Positions 41,045-54,447 of a stretch of 64,000 nt of DNA are shown here, one piece after another; position 1 is the first letter of the stretch, and every line of letters starts with the position of its first letter. The notes beneath the pieces were generated by a model. That model saw only the letters and a program-made list of their open reading frames with translations, was not told the DNA's origin and made no database searches. Both the position numbers and the translations under genes were made by a program. Source of the DNA: the human T2T-CHM13v2.0 reference genome, Homo sapiens; the NCBI RefSeq assembly GCF_009914755.1, contig NC_060929.1; one strand, given 5' to 3'.

Positions 41045-41210
41045 GCAGTTCTCAACCCCGCAGACATTAGACACTTTCACAAAATACTGTTTCCTGGGCT
41101 CCACCCACAGAGATCCTGATTTATTAGTGTGAACTAGGGTTTAAAACCAGATTAAAAAAACAACAACAAAACTCCCCAGATGAATAGAGAGCCAGGCTTG
41201 AGAACCATTG
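41045..41210. mobile_element. MER5-type MITE
   Basis: gcagttctcaacc...tcctgggctccacccacagagatcctgatt...ccaggcttgagaaccattg. Confidence 0.7.
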
Positions 41211-42186
41211 TGTTGGTATTGGAATCTGGTCAGAACTAGCGAAAATCTCTAAAACCGGAGAGCAAGGCTGATCCGGTCTAGAGAATCATGAGGCAGAATT
41301 TCTCTAGCAGCTGTTGGAACAAAGACTTCTGTGGATACACAGAACATTCTTGGACCCCAATGCTGAAATTCCCCTAGTTTAAAGATTTCAACATCTTTGT
41401 CTGTTTTCTGTCCTTTAGCTTCAGAGTGAACCACTCACTCACCCCTGCAGCTAATGTAGAAAGTACCTTTGTGAAAGCTAAGGAAAGCCATCCATTTCTT
41501 AATACATTATTGTTATTTTCTGGGAAATTGTCAGAATAATATATGCATTTATAATGATAACATTGTAAATGGCATCTTATGGACTTGTACAGTGCACAGA
41601 CTGCACAACCACACCCTGTGGCCCATCATGTTCTTGCTTTTCCTGCTTAAACAAATCATGATCTGAACCAGTGACCTGGAGACCATAGGCATCAGATGGC
41701 ATTTATTGGCAGGCTGGCCTAGGCATGGCAATTAAGATAAAAGGCAACTTCAAAGTCTGAGATGATGGGTTAGATGATCTCAAAAGGCTCCCTGCCTCAT
41801 AGCTCTTCCGTGTTGCTTAATTTAGCCCAGGTTGTTTGGGAAATGAATTCAAAGTTGACCAAGTCAGTGTCTAAAAGCTGTGAGTGAATAATATATAAAA
41901 CTTATGGCAAATATGCCTTTGCCTGACAACCTCGGATGGCTTTATTTGGTTACACAGAGCTAAAGACTAATGGAACCTGCTCATCCTCAGCAAAATTGCT
42001 GAGTAAGGGTGGGCTTATTTTGAGATTCCTGAGCATCTTCTCTCTTTTTTTGGTCCCTTTCTTCCTAGGAGTAGACACCAATAAAGAAAGGCATGTGTTT
42101 TGCATCTCATTACCTGGCCAGTGGGCTTCATGGATGATTCTCATCTTCCTTGTAGCTGCATTTAAGCAGGCTCTAGTGGTATATCA

Positions 42187-42827
42187 GCATTGCCCATGAG
42201 AATTTCCTACAATGATGAAAATGTTGTATTATCTGTTGTTCTGCCATGGGCAGGTCTATGTAAACCTACTCCAAAGTCTGAGAAAGCTAAGAGGCTGAAG
42301 AAAGAGGCTGACAAATCTGTTTTCTGAGAAAGAAACAATTAATAGAGACTTACAAACAGAAGCCATGTCTGTGTCTTGGGTGACAGTGGGACAAGATGAT
42401 GGATCCCCATGCTATTACCCCCCCATCCAGGGCTTATATACCATAGGGAAAGGCTATACATGATGCAGAAGGGATGTGCAGAACAATTGATCTACAATAA
42501 CATCAAGATTGTTTGACCCAAGAGCAGGATTTACAGTAAGTACTTGCTGTTACACAAGGAACAATTGGAACTCTTAGAGGCCTTCCTGGAACAGCAGTTA
42601 ATCAGAAGCTAACATGGCAGATTAGCATCCAAGATGGAATTGCTTTGGCCTCCACATCTGTGCTGTACAAACAAGGTATGTAATAGCTATATGTGGCCTT
42701 TCAGCACTTGAAATGTTGCTAGTGGAACAAAAAAAAAGGCCCCTGAATTTTTAATTTTAAATACTTTTAGTTAATTTAAATTTAAACAGCTACATGTGGC
42801 TAGCGGCTGCCATATTGGACAGTGCAG
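42187..42827. mobile_element. MER3 (hAT) split by an LTR
   Basis: ttcctacaatgatgaaaatgttgtattatctgt | tctgtgctgtacaa...cacttgaaatgttgctagtg...catgtggctagcggctgccatattggacagtgcag. Confidence 0.85.
42237..42656 (-). mobile_element. ERVL solo LTR (LTR47-like), complete
   Basis: TG...CA ends; 5-bp TSD tctgt at 42232-42236 and 42657-42661; minus strand begins TGTGGAGGCCAAAGCAATTCCATCTTGGATGCTAATC. Confidence 0.85.
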
Positions 42828-42864
42828 GTCTGAAAGATAGGTTTTATCCAAAGGGGGAGAAAAC

Positions 42865-43072
42865 GAATATTTGTTATGCACCTTCCAATTTTCAGGAACA
42901 TTCTTTTTATGATCACATCTAATCCTCACAAAACCTTTCGAGGTAGATATTATCATTTCCATTTTATAGATTGAAAATAACTGAAACTCAGAGAATCAAT
43001 TACCCAAGGTCTTATAGCTAATAAATGATCAAATTAACCTTCAAACTTAGGTTTGATTCTAAAGCCTGCACT
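42865..43072 (-). mobile_element. MIR
   Basis: taatcctcacaaaacctttcgaggtagatattatcatttccattttataga...acccaaggtcttatagctaataaatg. Confidence 0.8.
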
Positions 43073-43238
43073 TGAAGTTTTCTTGGGAAAGTAGTCTTCC
43101 TTGTGATGAACTAGAAGCTAAATTCATAATAAAACAATAACAACAACTATTAAAACACTCCCATCAAACATTACTGTATAGTAAAAGTAGAATTCCTGAG
43201 AGGGAGTGAAAAGAGAACGTGTGGTGGCCCAGGTCTGA

Positions 43239-43827
<589 letters not shown>

Positions 43828-44028
43828 TACCAGCTTCTTTTTAGCAGGGCCCAATCCCTGACCAAGGATAGGTCTTCTTGCTCAACTGGTTTTTCTCTCC
43901 ACCCCAACTCTTCCTCCTTTATGCCTCAAGATGCCCACAGTTTACACTTACAGCCCCTTCTCCTTTCTCCTATGTCCTGCTATATGTGTGGTCCTTCCCC
44001 ACGTCTAGTGAATACATTAATCCTCTAG

Positions 44029-44200
44029 GCAGTAGTTCTTAGCCCTGACTGTGTTGGAATTAAGTGGCACACTTAAAAATACAGCTGCCAGGGATCCATC
44101 CCAGACAAACCAAGTATGAATTTCTTGCAGTAGGGTATGGGCGTCAGTATATTTTAAAAGATCCCCAAGTGATTCTAATGTGCAGACAGGGCTGAGAATC
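44029..44200. mobile_element. MER5A
   Basis: gcagtagttcttagccctgactg...ccccaagtgattctaatgtgcagacagggctgagaatc. Confidence 0.8.
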
Positions 44201-44668
44201 CCAGCCTTTGTTGATTTGCCATCTGCCTGTATCCCAGAGTTCTACTGCTTTCATATTTTTAAACCCAGGGCATGAGATAGGTAGATCTGTGGGTGGAGAA
44301 GGGTGGGGGTTGTGGGTGGTAAGTGATAAGCAGTTGGACAAGTGGCTCAAGGAAACTGAAAGTGAAGAAGAAAAAAGAAATGTGTCAAGGACCCCACTGA
44401 GAGTGACGAGCCATTATGGATGGATGGAGCACAAGAAATCCTGATGAAAGAGAGAGGTCTAGGATAAATTATCAATATGGGATGTTCTCCATTCAACAAT
44501 CACCTGTTGAGAATTTTTGGTGCCAGCCTCTGCCACAGGGGCACAAAGAGAAAAGAAGGATCCTTACCATGGAAAAAGTTGTAGGATAGCAAATTAGAGA
44601 GAGAGAGAGAGAGAGAGAGACTTGGTTGACCAAGTAAAAATAATCCTCATTTAACTACTTATATGTAC

Positions 44669-45043
44669 TGTATTAGTCCATTTTTACACTGCTATAAAAA
44701 TAGTACCTGAGACCAGGTAATTTATAAATAAAAGAGGTTTAATTGACCTACAGTTCCACATGGCTGGGGAGGCCTCAGGAAACTTACAATCATGGTGGAA
44801 GCCAAAGGAGAAGCAAGGCACGTCTTACATGGCACCAGGAGGAGAGACAAAGAGAACAAGCAAAGGGGAAGTGCCACACTTTAGGACCATCAGATCTTGT
44901 GATAACTCCCTCACTATCATGAGAACAGCATGGGAAAAACCACCCCCATGATCCAATCACTTCCCATGAGGTCCTTCCCTTGACATGTGGAGATTATAAT
45001 TCAAAATGAGATTTGGGTGGGAACACAGAGCCAAACCATATCA
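44669..45043 (-). mobile_element. THE1 (D-like) MaLR solo LTR
   Basis: tgtattagtccatttttacactgctata...cagttccacatggctggggaggcctcagg...gagatttgggtgggaacacagagccaaaccatatca. Confidence 0.93.
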
Positions 45044-45724
45044 TGGGCCACTTGCTCTTTACCTAGCAAAATTAGCTTTCATACATATCACTAAATACGT
45101 GTCAGATTATCTTTGTTGTAAATTGTATTCAATTATAGCAATATCCTCTGTCAATGTCTTCTGAGCCTTTATGTGGTCTGTTTGTGCACAGTTTAAACAA
45201 ATTAGAGGGAGTCTTAGCGCAATATTCACCTGCAACTTTTCTCATAAAGAGTATGGGTAAAGTAAATGTTTATAATAGTTCCTGGCAAATGTCTTGGTGT
45301 AAAACACATTAAATAAGTCTACTCGTATTCTTTATCACCATACTTAATAACCCTTTCCTCTACCACATCACACCTAACTAGTTTTCATTTATAACTATAG
45401 CCTAAATCACAGTATTTCTGTGCTCTGATGGGAACATAAATGGGAAAAATGAAAGAAAAACCTCTTTCTTGATAGTCAGGGTCTGAGTTTGTGGGAATGA
45501 CATTTTCTGTCCTGTGAGCAGCATTAAGTGTGTCTCCATGGCTTTGTGCCTTCTTATTCTCAGCTTCAGCAATAGCGTTCATTTGAAAACTTAGTTTTAT
45601 TGTGTGTAGTGCTTGTGGTGGGACCCTCTCATGGGAGAAGGGGAAAGTATGGAGGATGAATATTCCTATTCATCCTGTGGGCATTTGACTTCCTCTTTGC
45701 ACCTTCGTGACATAAATAGCATAC

Positions 45725-46211
45725 ACATGACATTAGTTAGTTTCATCTGTTTTTGTACTTCATATAAATGGAATCTCACGTGTGTATGCTTTTATATCTG
45801 GCTTCTTTCATTTGACTCCATGTATGTGAGATTAATTCATATTTTTGTGCACAATTGTAGATGATTTACCTTCATAGTTGCAGAGTATTTGATTCTGTGA
45901 ATGTACTCTGATACAGTTATCCATTTAATTGGTGATGGACATTTGATAGTTTTTGATTTAAGGTTATGCTATAAACATTCCGGTCCATGTATTTAGGTGA
46001 ATGTATGTATGCATTTCTGTTGGAAATATACCTAAAAATGGAATTGTCAGGTAACAGGATATGTATGTATTTGGTCTAAATAGATAATGCTGAACAGATC
46101 TTCAAAGTATTTGTACCAAGTTTCCTTTCTACCAGTACCATATGAGAGTTCTGCTCTCTCCACTTGGCCTTTCACATCTTTTTAGATTTTAGGCACTCTG
46201 GTATAAGTGGG
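45725..46211 (-). mobile_element. L1ME-class fragment, interrupted by MLT2
   Basis: catataaatggaatc...atctggcttctttca...gatggacatttg...atacctaaaaatggaattg. Confidence 0.75.
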
Positions 46212-46741
46212 TGTGTTAGTCAGTGTTCTCCGGAGAAACAGAACCAAAAGGAGGTGTGCGTGTGTGTGTACATATGTGTGTATGTAAATATATATATTTT
46301 TAATTTACATATATAAAATTTACTACATATATATGTATACATATGTAGTAAATTCCTTCTATAAGGAATTGGAGACGCAGGAAAGCCAGTGATGTAAGTC
46401 ATTCCAAGTCCAAAAGACCGAGAGCCATGGGGTAGAGGTTGGAGAAGGCCAGCTGGAGTCCTAAAGGCCTTAGAGAACCAGGAGCTCCAATGTCTGAGAG
46501 CAGGAGATGACAGACATCCCAACTTAAGAAAGGAGGGGAAATTTGCCCTTCCTCTACCTTTTTGTTCTATTCAGGCCCTCAATTTATGAATAATGAGGGA
46601 AGATCTTCTTTACTCAGTCTCTGATTCAAATGCTAATCACTTCTAGAAACACTCTCACAGACACACCCAGAAGTAATGTTTTACCAGTTATCTGGGCATC
46701 CCTTAGCCTAGTCAAGTTGACACATAAAATTAACCATTCCA
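46212..46741 (-). mobile_element. MLT2 (B/D-like) ERVL solo LTR with internal (TG)/(TA) tract
   Basis: tgtgttagtcagtgttctccggagaaacagaacc...ctcagtctctgattcaaatgctaatc...agtcaagttgacacataaaattaacca. Confidence 0.9.
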
Positions 46742-49281
46742 GTGTAGTACACACTGTGGTTTCATTTTCTTGGTGCCTATTGAAGTTGAAAACCCGTCTT
46801 GTTTGTTTGCCATCTACAAATAAATTTTGCTGTTTGTTTTAATGTGGTTATTCCAATAATATATAGACAAATTTCTTATCCTACTTTTTCACTTAGCAAT
46901 TTTCATTAGTTAAAAAAAAACTGATACGATGTCATGGAAGAATCAAATTCCCATCACTTAGACTAACCTAATACAGTGATTTTCTCAAAATATTCAGTCT
47001 CCTGAGAGTAAAGGAGTGGGGGTCTTCTGGTTCCACAATGGCTTTGTAAAAGCAAGCTGGCTTCACTTCTTCCCATATAAAACAAATATACATTACTGAG
47101 ATTATAACCAGCAATATCCCAGAACTAAAATATGAGGATGAGACAGTTCCCAGGGCCACAAATAAGTGAAAAAGCCCTGAGCAGATGGTAAGAGAATCTG
47201 ACTTTCATATTTGTAATGCCTCCTCCTAATCTGGCAACAAGAGTGATTAAAAATTTCCCCCAACCCATGGTTTCCACACTAGTAAAAGTGAGATCATAGG
47301 GGATAACCAGCTTCCTCATCACCTTGGGTTCCATGCCAGGAGAACTTTCCCTGCTTGAACCCACAGGAAGCATCAGGAGTAACTGAATAAAGAAATATCC
47401 CTAAAGAGAGATAAAGGCAAAGGGGAGGGGGGCACTAGTAACCCCAGCCCTGGAAACTCTGCTCTGTACCTGGACCAAAGGAGACACCAAATCAGAGTGA
47501 CTGTTCAGCAGCACTACACTGTAGAAAGTTCATTCTACAGGTCCCCTGGCTGGCACTCTGTTTACTAGAACTGAAGCAAACCTGGGCTTGAGGCACTATC
47601 TAGTGCGGAAAAGGAGGCAGAAACCTAAAGAAAAAAAGAGAAAGATAATCAACAGGTAAATTACAAAGAATCTCTAAGCAAACATATCCAGTAAAAACCC
47701 AAACAAGCCAGACAGAAGACTGAAATACATAACTAATTCATCAATGCAATGATATAGATGTACATTCATAATAAACAACAGCAAATAGAGCCATGACCTC
47801 TCCAGTGGACACAAAAAGAAACCAGTGACTGACCACAATGAGATGGCAATATATGAACTCTTTGACCAAGAAAGCTAAATAGCAGTTTTAAGGAAACTCA
47901 ATGATCTCCAAGATAAGGCAGAAAATCAATTCAGAATTTTTTCTGAGAAATTTAACAGAGATTGAAATAACTTTTAAAAATCAAACAGAGATATCAGAAC
48001 TGAGAAATGCATTTGCTGAACTGAAAAATGTATTAGAGGCTCTCAATAGCAGAATGGATCAAGTAGAGGAAATAATTAGTGAGCCTGAAGACAGGCTATT
48101 TGAAAATATACAATCAAAGAGAAAAAATAAAAAAGAATGCAAAGGAATGAAAATCACCTACAAAGTATAGAAAATTGCCTCAAAAGACCAAATCTAAGAA
48201 TTATTGATGTTCAAGAGGGAGTTGAGCAACAAAAAGGAGTAGAAAATGATTTAAATAAATAATAATGGAAGACTTTTCAAAACTTGAGAAAGAGATAAAT
48301 ATCCAGGTACCAGAAGGTCAGAGAACAACAAACAGATTTGACCCAAATAAGACTGCCCCAAGGCATATAATAATCAAATTTTCAAAAATGAAGGACAGAG
48401 AGAGGATTCTAAAGGCATCAAGAGAAAGAAAGCAAATAACAAATAACAGAGCTCCAATTTGTTTGACAACCTTCTCAACGGAAACTATACAGGCAAAGAT
48501 GGAGTGAGACAACATTTTCAAAGTGCTGAAAGAAAAGTCTGCCATCTAAGAGTATTGTATCCAGCAAAGCTATCCTTCAAATATGAAGAAGAGATAATGT
48601 TTCTCCACGACAAAGAAAAGCTGAGAGAATTCACCACCACCAGACCTGTCTTATAAGAAATGCTAAAGGGAAGATTTCAATCTGAGAAAAAAAAATCCCA
48701 CTAATGTGCAAAAATAAAACATTTGGAAGAATAAAACCCATAGGTAAAATTAAATACACTAACAAACCCAGAATACTCTACTGCTGTAATTGTGTTATGC
48801 AATCAACTCATAACTCTAGTATGAAGCATAAAAGATAAACAATAATGGCTATAGAAATCTCAAGATATAGGCAATATAAAACATGTAAACTGAGACAACG
48901 TAAAGTCAAAATGTAGGAGGTATGGAGTTAAAGTATAGAGGTTTCTTCCTTTTTTCTCTGTTTCTATTCTTTATGATCTAAGATAAATTGTCATCTCTTT
49001 AAAATAACTTATTATATCTATAAGATGTCTTTTTGTAAGCCTCATGGTAACCACAGTGTAAAAACCTCTAATAAATTCACTAAAAATAAAAAGTAATGAA
49101 TTAAAACATACTACCAGAGAAAATAACCTAGCCACAAAGAAAGATAATAAAAAGGAAGAAAGGAAGAGAGGAGTTTCAAGACAACCCGAAAATAAGCAAC
49201 AAAATGGAAGTAGTAAGTCCTTACTTATCAATAATAACACTGAATGTAAAAGGGTTTAATTCTCCAACTAAAAGGCACAGA

Positions 49282-49612
49282 GGACCCAACTGCAGTGGCT
49301 CATTCCTATTATCCCAGCACTTTAGGAGGCTCAGATGGGAGAATTGCCTGAGGCAAGAAGTTCGGGCCCAGTCTGGGCAACATAGCAAAACCCCATCTCT
49401 ACATAAAAAAAAATTTTATAATTAGCTGAATATGGAGGTACATCTCTATAGTCCCAGTTACTTGGGAGGCTGAGACAGGAGGATCCCTTGAATCCATGAA
49501 TTTGAGGCCACAGTGAGGTATGATTGCACCACTGCACTCCATTTCACCACTGCACTTCAGCCTGGGCAACAGAGCAAGATCCTATCTTTAAAAAATAAAA
49601 ATAAATCAAAAA
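49282..49612 (+). mobile_element. AluJo nested in the L1 ORF2 EN region
   Basis: Diverged dimer; TSD taaaaggcacag at 49269-49280 and 49613-49624. Confidence 0.9.
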
Positions 49613-49797
49613 TAAAAGGCACAGCATAGCTGAATGGATAAAGAAATAAGACCCAAATATATCCTGTCTACAAGAAACCACCTTCATCTTTAAAGACCAC
49701 ATATAGACTTAAAGTGAAGGAATGAAAAAATATATTCCATGAAACTGGAAACCAAAAAAGAGCAGGAGCAGCTATACTTTTATCAGATAAAGTAGAC

Positions 49798-50175
49798 TGA
49801 TATGGTTTGGCTCTGTGTCCCTACCCAAATCTCATCTCAAATTGTAATCCCCATGTGTAGGGGAGAGACCAAATGGGAGGTGATTGGATCATGGCAGCAG
49901 TTTCCCCCAATGCTGTTCTCGTGAGAGTGAGTGAGTTCTCATGAGATCTGATGGTTTAAAAGTGTGGCAGTTACCCCCTTGTTCTCTCTTGCTACTGCTG
50001 CTGTGTAAGATGTGTCTTGCTTCCCCTTTGCCTTCCACCATGATTATAAATTTCCTGAGGCCCCTCTAGCCATGTGGAACTGTGAGTCAATTAAAGCTCT
50101 TTCTCTCTCTTTTTTAAAAATAAATTAGCCAGTCTCAGGTAGTTCTTTTTAGCAGTATGAAAATGGACTAATACA
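49798..50175 (+). mobile_element. THE1 solo LTR nested in L1 ORF2
   Basis: tgatatggtttggctctgtgtcc...aaaatggactaataca; perfect TSD tagac at 49793-49797 and 50176-50180. Confidence 0.95.
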
Positions 50176-51497
50176 TAGACTAAAAATCAAAGACTATAAA
50201 AAGAGACAAGGAAAATCATTATATAACGTGAAAGGGGACAATTCAGCAAGACAATATACAATTATAAATATCTATATACCCAACAATGGAGCTTCCAAGT
50301 ATAAAAGCAAACATTAATAGATCTAAAGGGAGAGATAGGCTACAATACAATAAAAGTAGGGGATTCGACATCCTACTCTCAGTAATGGACAAATCATCCA
50401 GACATAAAACCAACAAAGAAACACTGGAGTTAAACTACACATGAGAACAAATGAGCCTAATTGACTTTTACAGAAAATTTCACCCAGCTGCTACAGAATA
50501 CACATTCTTCTATCAGCACATGGAACATGAAAGACTCAAATAAATAAAATCATAAACAAAAGGGAAACATAACAACTGAAGCCACAGAAACACAGACAAT
50601 AATTAGAGACTATTATGAACAACTATATATGCCAACAAATTGGAAAACCTAGAAAAGTTTCTGGGCATATACAACCTACCAAGATTAAACCATGAGAAAA
50701 TAGAAAACCTCAACAAATCAATAACAAGTATCAAGATCAAAGCTGTAATAAAAAGTATCGCATCAAAGAAAAGCCCAAGACCTGATGGCTTCACTGCTAA
50801 GTTACACAAAACATTTAAAGAAGAACTAATATCAGTTCTACTCAACCTCTTTAAAAAAATTGAGAAGGAGGGAATACATTCTATGAGGTCAGTGTTACCC
50901 TTATACCAAAACTAGACAAGGACACAACAAAAAAGAAAACTACAGGCCAATATTGCTGATAAATATTGATGCAAAAATTCTCAACAAAATACTAGCAAAC
51001 TGAATTTAACAACACATTAAAAAGATCATTTATCGTGATCAAGTAGGATTTATTCCAGGGATGCAAGGATGGCTCAATATATGCAAATCAATAAACATGA
51101 TACATCACATTAACAGAACCTGGAACAAAAACCGTATAATCATTTCAATAGATGCCAAAAAAAGCATTTGATAAATTTCAACATCCCTCTATGACAAAAA
51201 CCCCCAACAAACTGGAAATGGAAGGAATGTACCTCAGAATAATAAAGGTCATATATGACAAACTCACAGTTAATGTAGTACTAAATGGGAAACAATTGAA
51301 AGACTTTCCTCTAAGATCTGGAACAAGACAAGGATGCCCACTTTTACCACTTTTATTTAACATAATACTGGAAGTCCTGGCCACAGCAATTATGCAAGAG
51401 AAAGAAATAAAGGGCATCCAAATTGGAAAGGAAGAAATTGAATTACCCTTGTTTGCAGACAACATGATGTTATACTTAGAAAAACCTAAAGACTTCA

Positions 51498-51879
51498 CCT
51501 ATGGAATACTATGCAGCCATAAAAAGGAACAAGATCATGTTCTTTGCGGGGACATGGATGGAGTTGGAAGCCGTTATCCTCAGCAAACTAACACAGGAAC
51601 AGAAAACCAAACACCACATGTTCTCACTTACAAGTGGGCACTGAATGATGAGAACACATGGACACATGGTGGGGAGCAACACACACTGGGGCCTATCCGA
51701 GGGGGTGAGGTTGGGGGAAGGAGAGCACCAGGAAGAACAGCTAATGAATGCTGGGCTTAATTCCTGGGTGATGGGATGATCTGTGCAGCAAACCACCATG
51801 GCACACGTTTACCTATGTAACAAACCTGCACATCCTGCACACATACCCCTGAACTTAAAATAAAAGATTAAGAAAAAAA
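51498..51879 (+). mobile_element. Short 5'-truncated L1PA (older, roughly PA11-13) 3' end nested in the host L1 RT region
   Basis: atggaatactatgcagccataaaaagg...gtaacaaacctgcacatcctgcac...aaaataaaa; TSD aaagact(t/c)ca at 51488-51497 and 51880-51889. Confidence 0.9.
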
Positions 51880-54379
51880 AAAGACTCCAAAAATAAACTG
51901 CTAGAATGGATAAAATAATTTAGTAAAGTTGCAGGATACAAAAGCAACACACAAAAAGCAGTAACATTTTATACACTAACAGCAAATAATATTTAAAAAA
52001 AACGAAGAAAGCAACCCCATTTACAATATCTACAAATAATATAAAATGATCCAGAAGCAGTTTAGCTGAAAAAGTGAAAGATCTATATAAGGAAAACTAT
52101 AAAACACTGATTAAAGAAATTGAAGAAGACACAAAAAAGGAAAGATATTCTGTGTTCATGGTTTGCGAGAACTAATATTGTTAAAGTGACAATACTATCC
52201 AAAGCAACATACAGATTCAATGTAGAAATAGTAAAAAAACAGTTCTAAAATGTATATGGAACCACATAAGGCCTCAAATAGCTAAAGCAACCCTAAGTAA
52301 AAAGAACAAAGCTGTAGGCATCACACTACCTGACTTCAAAATATACTACAAAGTTATAATAACCAAATCAGCATGGTACAAGCATACAAACAGACACATA
52401 GACCAATGGAACAGAATAGAGAACACAGATATAAATCCATGCATTTACAGCCAACTCATTTTTGACAAAGGCATCAAAGACATACAATGGAAAAAGGACA
52501 GTCTTCTCAATAAATGGTGCTGGGAAAACTGGATAACCATATGCAGAAGAATAAAACTAGATCTCTATCTCTCACGATGTACAAAAATCAAATAAAAATG
52601 GATTAAAGACTTAAACCTAAGACTTGAAACTATGAAACCACTAGGAAAAAAAAAAAAAAACATTGAAGAAATGCTCCAGGACATTGGTCTGGGCAAAGAA
52701 TTTTTAGGTAAGATCTCAAAGCACAGGAAACCAAAGCAAAAAGAGACAAATGGAGTTATATGAAGCTAAAAACTTCTGCACAGCAAAGGAAACAATTAAC
52801 AAAGTGAACAGACACCTCACAGAATGGGAGAAAATATTTGCAAACTACCCATCTGACAAAGGATTAATAAGCAGAATATATAAGCAGCATAAACAACCCA
52901 ATAGCAAAAAAACAAATATTCTGATGTTTTAAAATGGACAAGAGATCCGAATAGACATTTCTCAATAGAAGACATACAAATGGCCATCAGATATATTTTT
53001 TAAATGCTCAACAGCACTAACCATCAGAGAAATGCAAATCAAAACCATAATGAGATATCACCTCACTCCAGTTAAAATAGCTTTCATAAAAAAGGGGGAT
53101 AACGAATGCCAACAAAGATGTGCAGAAAGGGAGCCCTAGGACATTGTTGGTGGGAATGTGAATTAGTAAAGCCACTGTGGAAAAAACTCTATGGAGGTTC
53201 CTCAAAAAACTAAAAATAGAACTCCCATATGATCCAGTAATTTCACTACTGGGTATGTATCAAAAGTAAGGAAATCAATATATTGAAGATATCTCTGTAC
53301 TCCCATGTTTATTGTTGCAGCACTATTCACGATAGCCAAAAGATCAAATCAAGGGAAGTGCCCACCCAGGGATGAATAAAAAAATGTGGTACATATACAC
53401 AATAGAATATTATTTAACCATAAAAAGAATGAAATCCTTTCATTTGCAGCAAGCAACATGGGAACTGGAGATCATAATGTTAAGTGAAATAACGGAAAGA
53501 CAAATATTGCATGTTCTCATTCATATGTGAGAGCTAAAAAAGTGGATCTCATGAAGACAGAGAGTAGATAATGGTTATGAGAGGCCAAAAATGGTAGGGA
53601 GAGGGGGGATGAAGGGAGGCTAATTATTGGGTATAAATATGCAGTTTGATAGAAGAAATAAGATGTAGTGTTTGATAGATCAGTAGGGTGACTATAGTTT
53701 ATAATATTCTATATTTCAAAATAGCTAGAAGGGAATAACTCAAAGGTTTCTGGCAAAAAGAAAAGACAAATAGTTAAGGTGATGGATATTCCAATCACAC
53801 TGATTTGATCATTACAAATTATATGGATATATGCAATTATTTCATGTAGCCTCAAAATATCTACATCTATTATATATCAATAAAAAAATAAAGAGAATGA
53901 CTTTCTGCCAAGCAAGAGGAGGATTTCATGAAAATCAATTATTTGATGTATAATAAATGTGAACAGGTTCAAGGAAAATAATGCATTGCTTTTAAGTATT
54001 TGAATAGCTGATATAAATCTTTAGACGAGATAAAATATTTTACACCAGTATACCTTCCTTAAATGTCAGCCCTAATGCTAAGAGAAGGAACAACCCTAGA
54101 GAAGAACTTGTCTTGATGGAGTTTGTTTTTTAAATGAGAACACTGTTCTAGGGTTGATATGACGTTGATAAACTTGATGTAAATAAAATGAGCTATTGTT
54201 TAAGATAACTTTTCTATTATTGGAATTCAAGGCTGCCAAGCTGTTCTGTGAAGTGCCATCATGGAACTTCAGAGAAGTCCTCCCCAGTTAGGTGAGCTGG
54301 ATAAGCTTGTTAACCTAGCCAAGAGATTGGAGCATTTGAGACTGTGCAAAACCACAGGGGCAGTGTGACAGTTGAGGAA

Positions 54380-54447
54380 AGAATATCTAGAGAATAGCAG
54401 GAGTCAGAGAAATAGAATATCTAGAGAATAGTAGGAGTGAGAGAAAT
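54380..54447 (+). repeat. 34-bp tandem duplication (2 copies, 2 mismatches)
   Basis: agaatatctagagaatagcaggagtcagagaaat / agaatatctagagaatagtaggagtgagagaaat. Confidence 0.92.

Larger units (their letters stand above)
47020..53892 (+). mobile_element. Near-full-length decayed old L1 (L1PB/L1MA class): 5' region, ORF1, inter-ORF, ORF2, 3' UTR, with nested inserts
   Basis: ORF1 remnants (NSRMDQVEE; PRHIIIKFSK; LYPAKLSF..LREFTTTRP), ORF2 start (YLSIITLNVKGFNSP), RT ([16 protein letters not shown]; LFADN), 3' end tatcaataaaaaaataaa. Confidence 0.93.
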
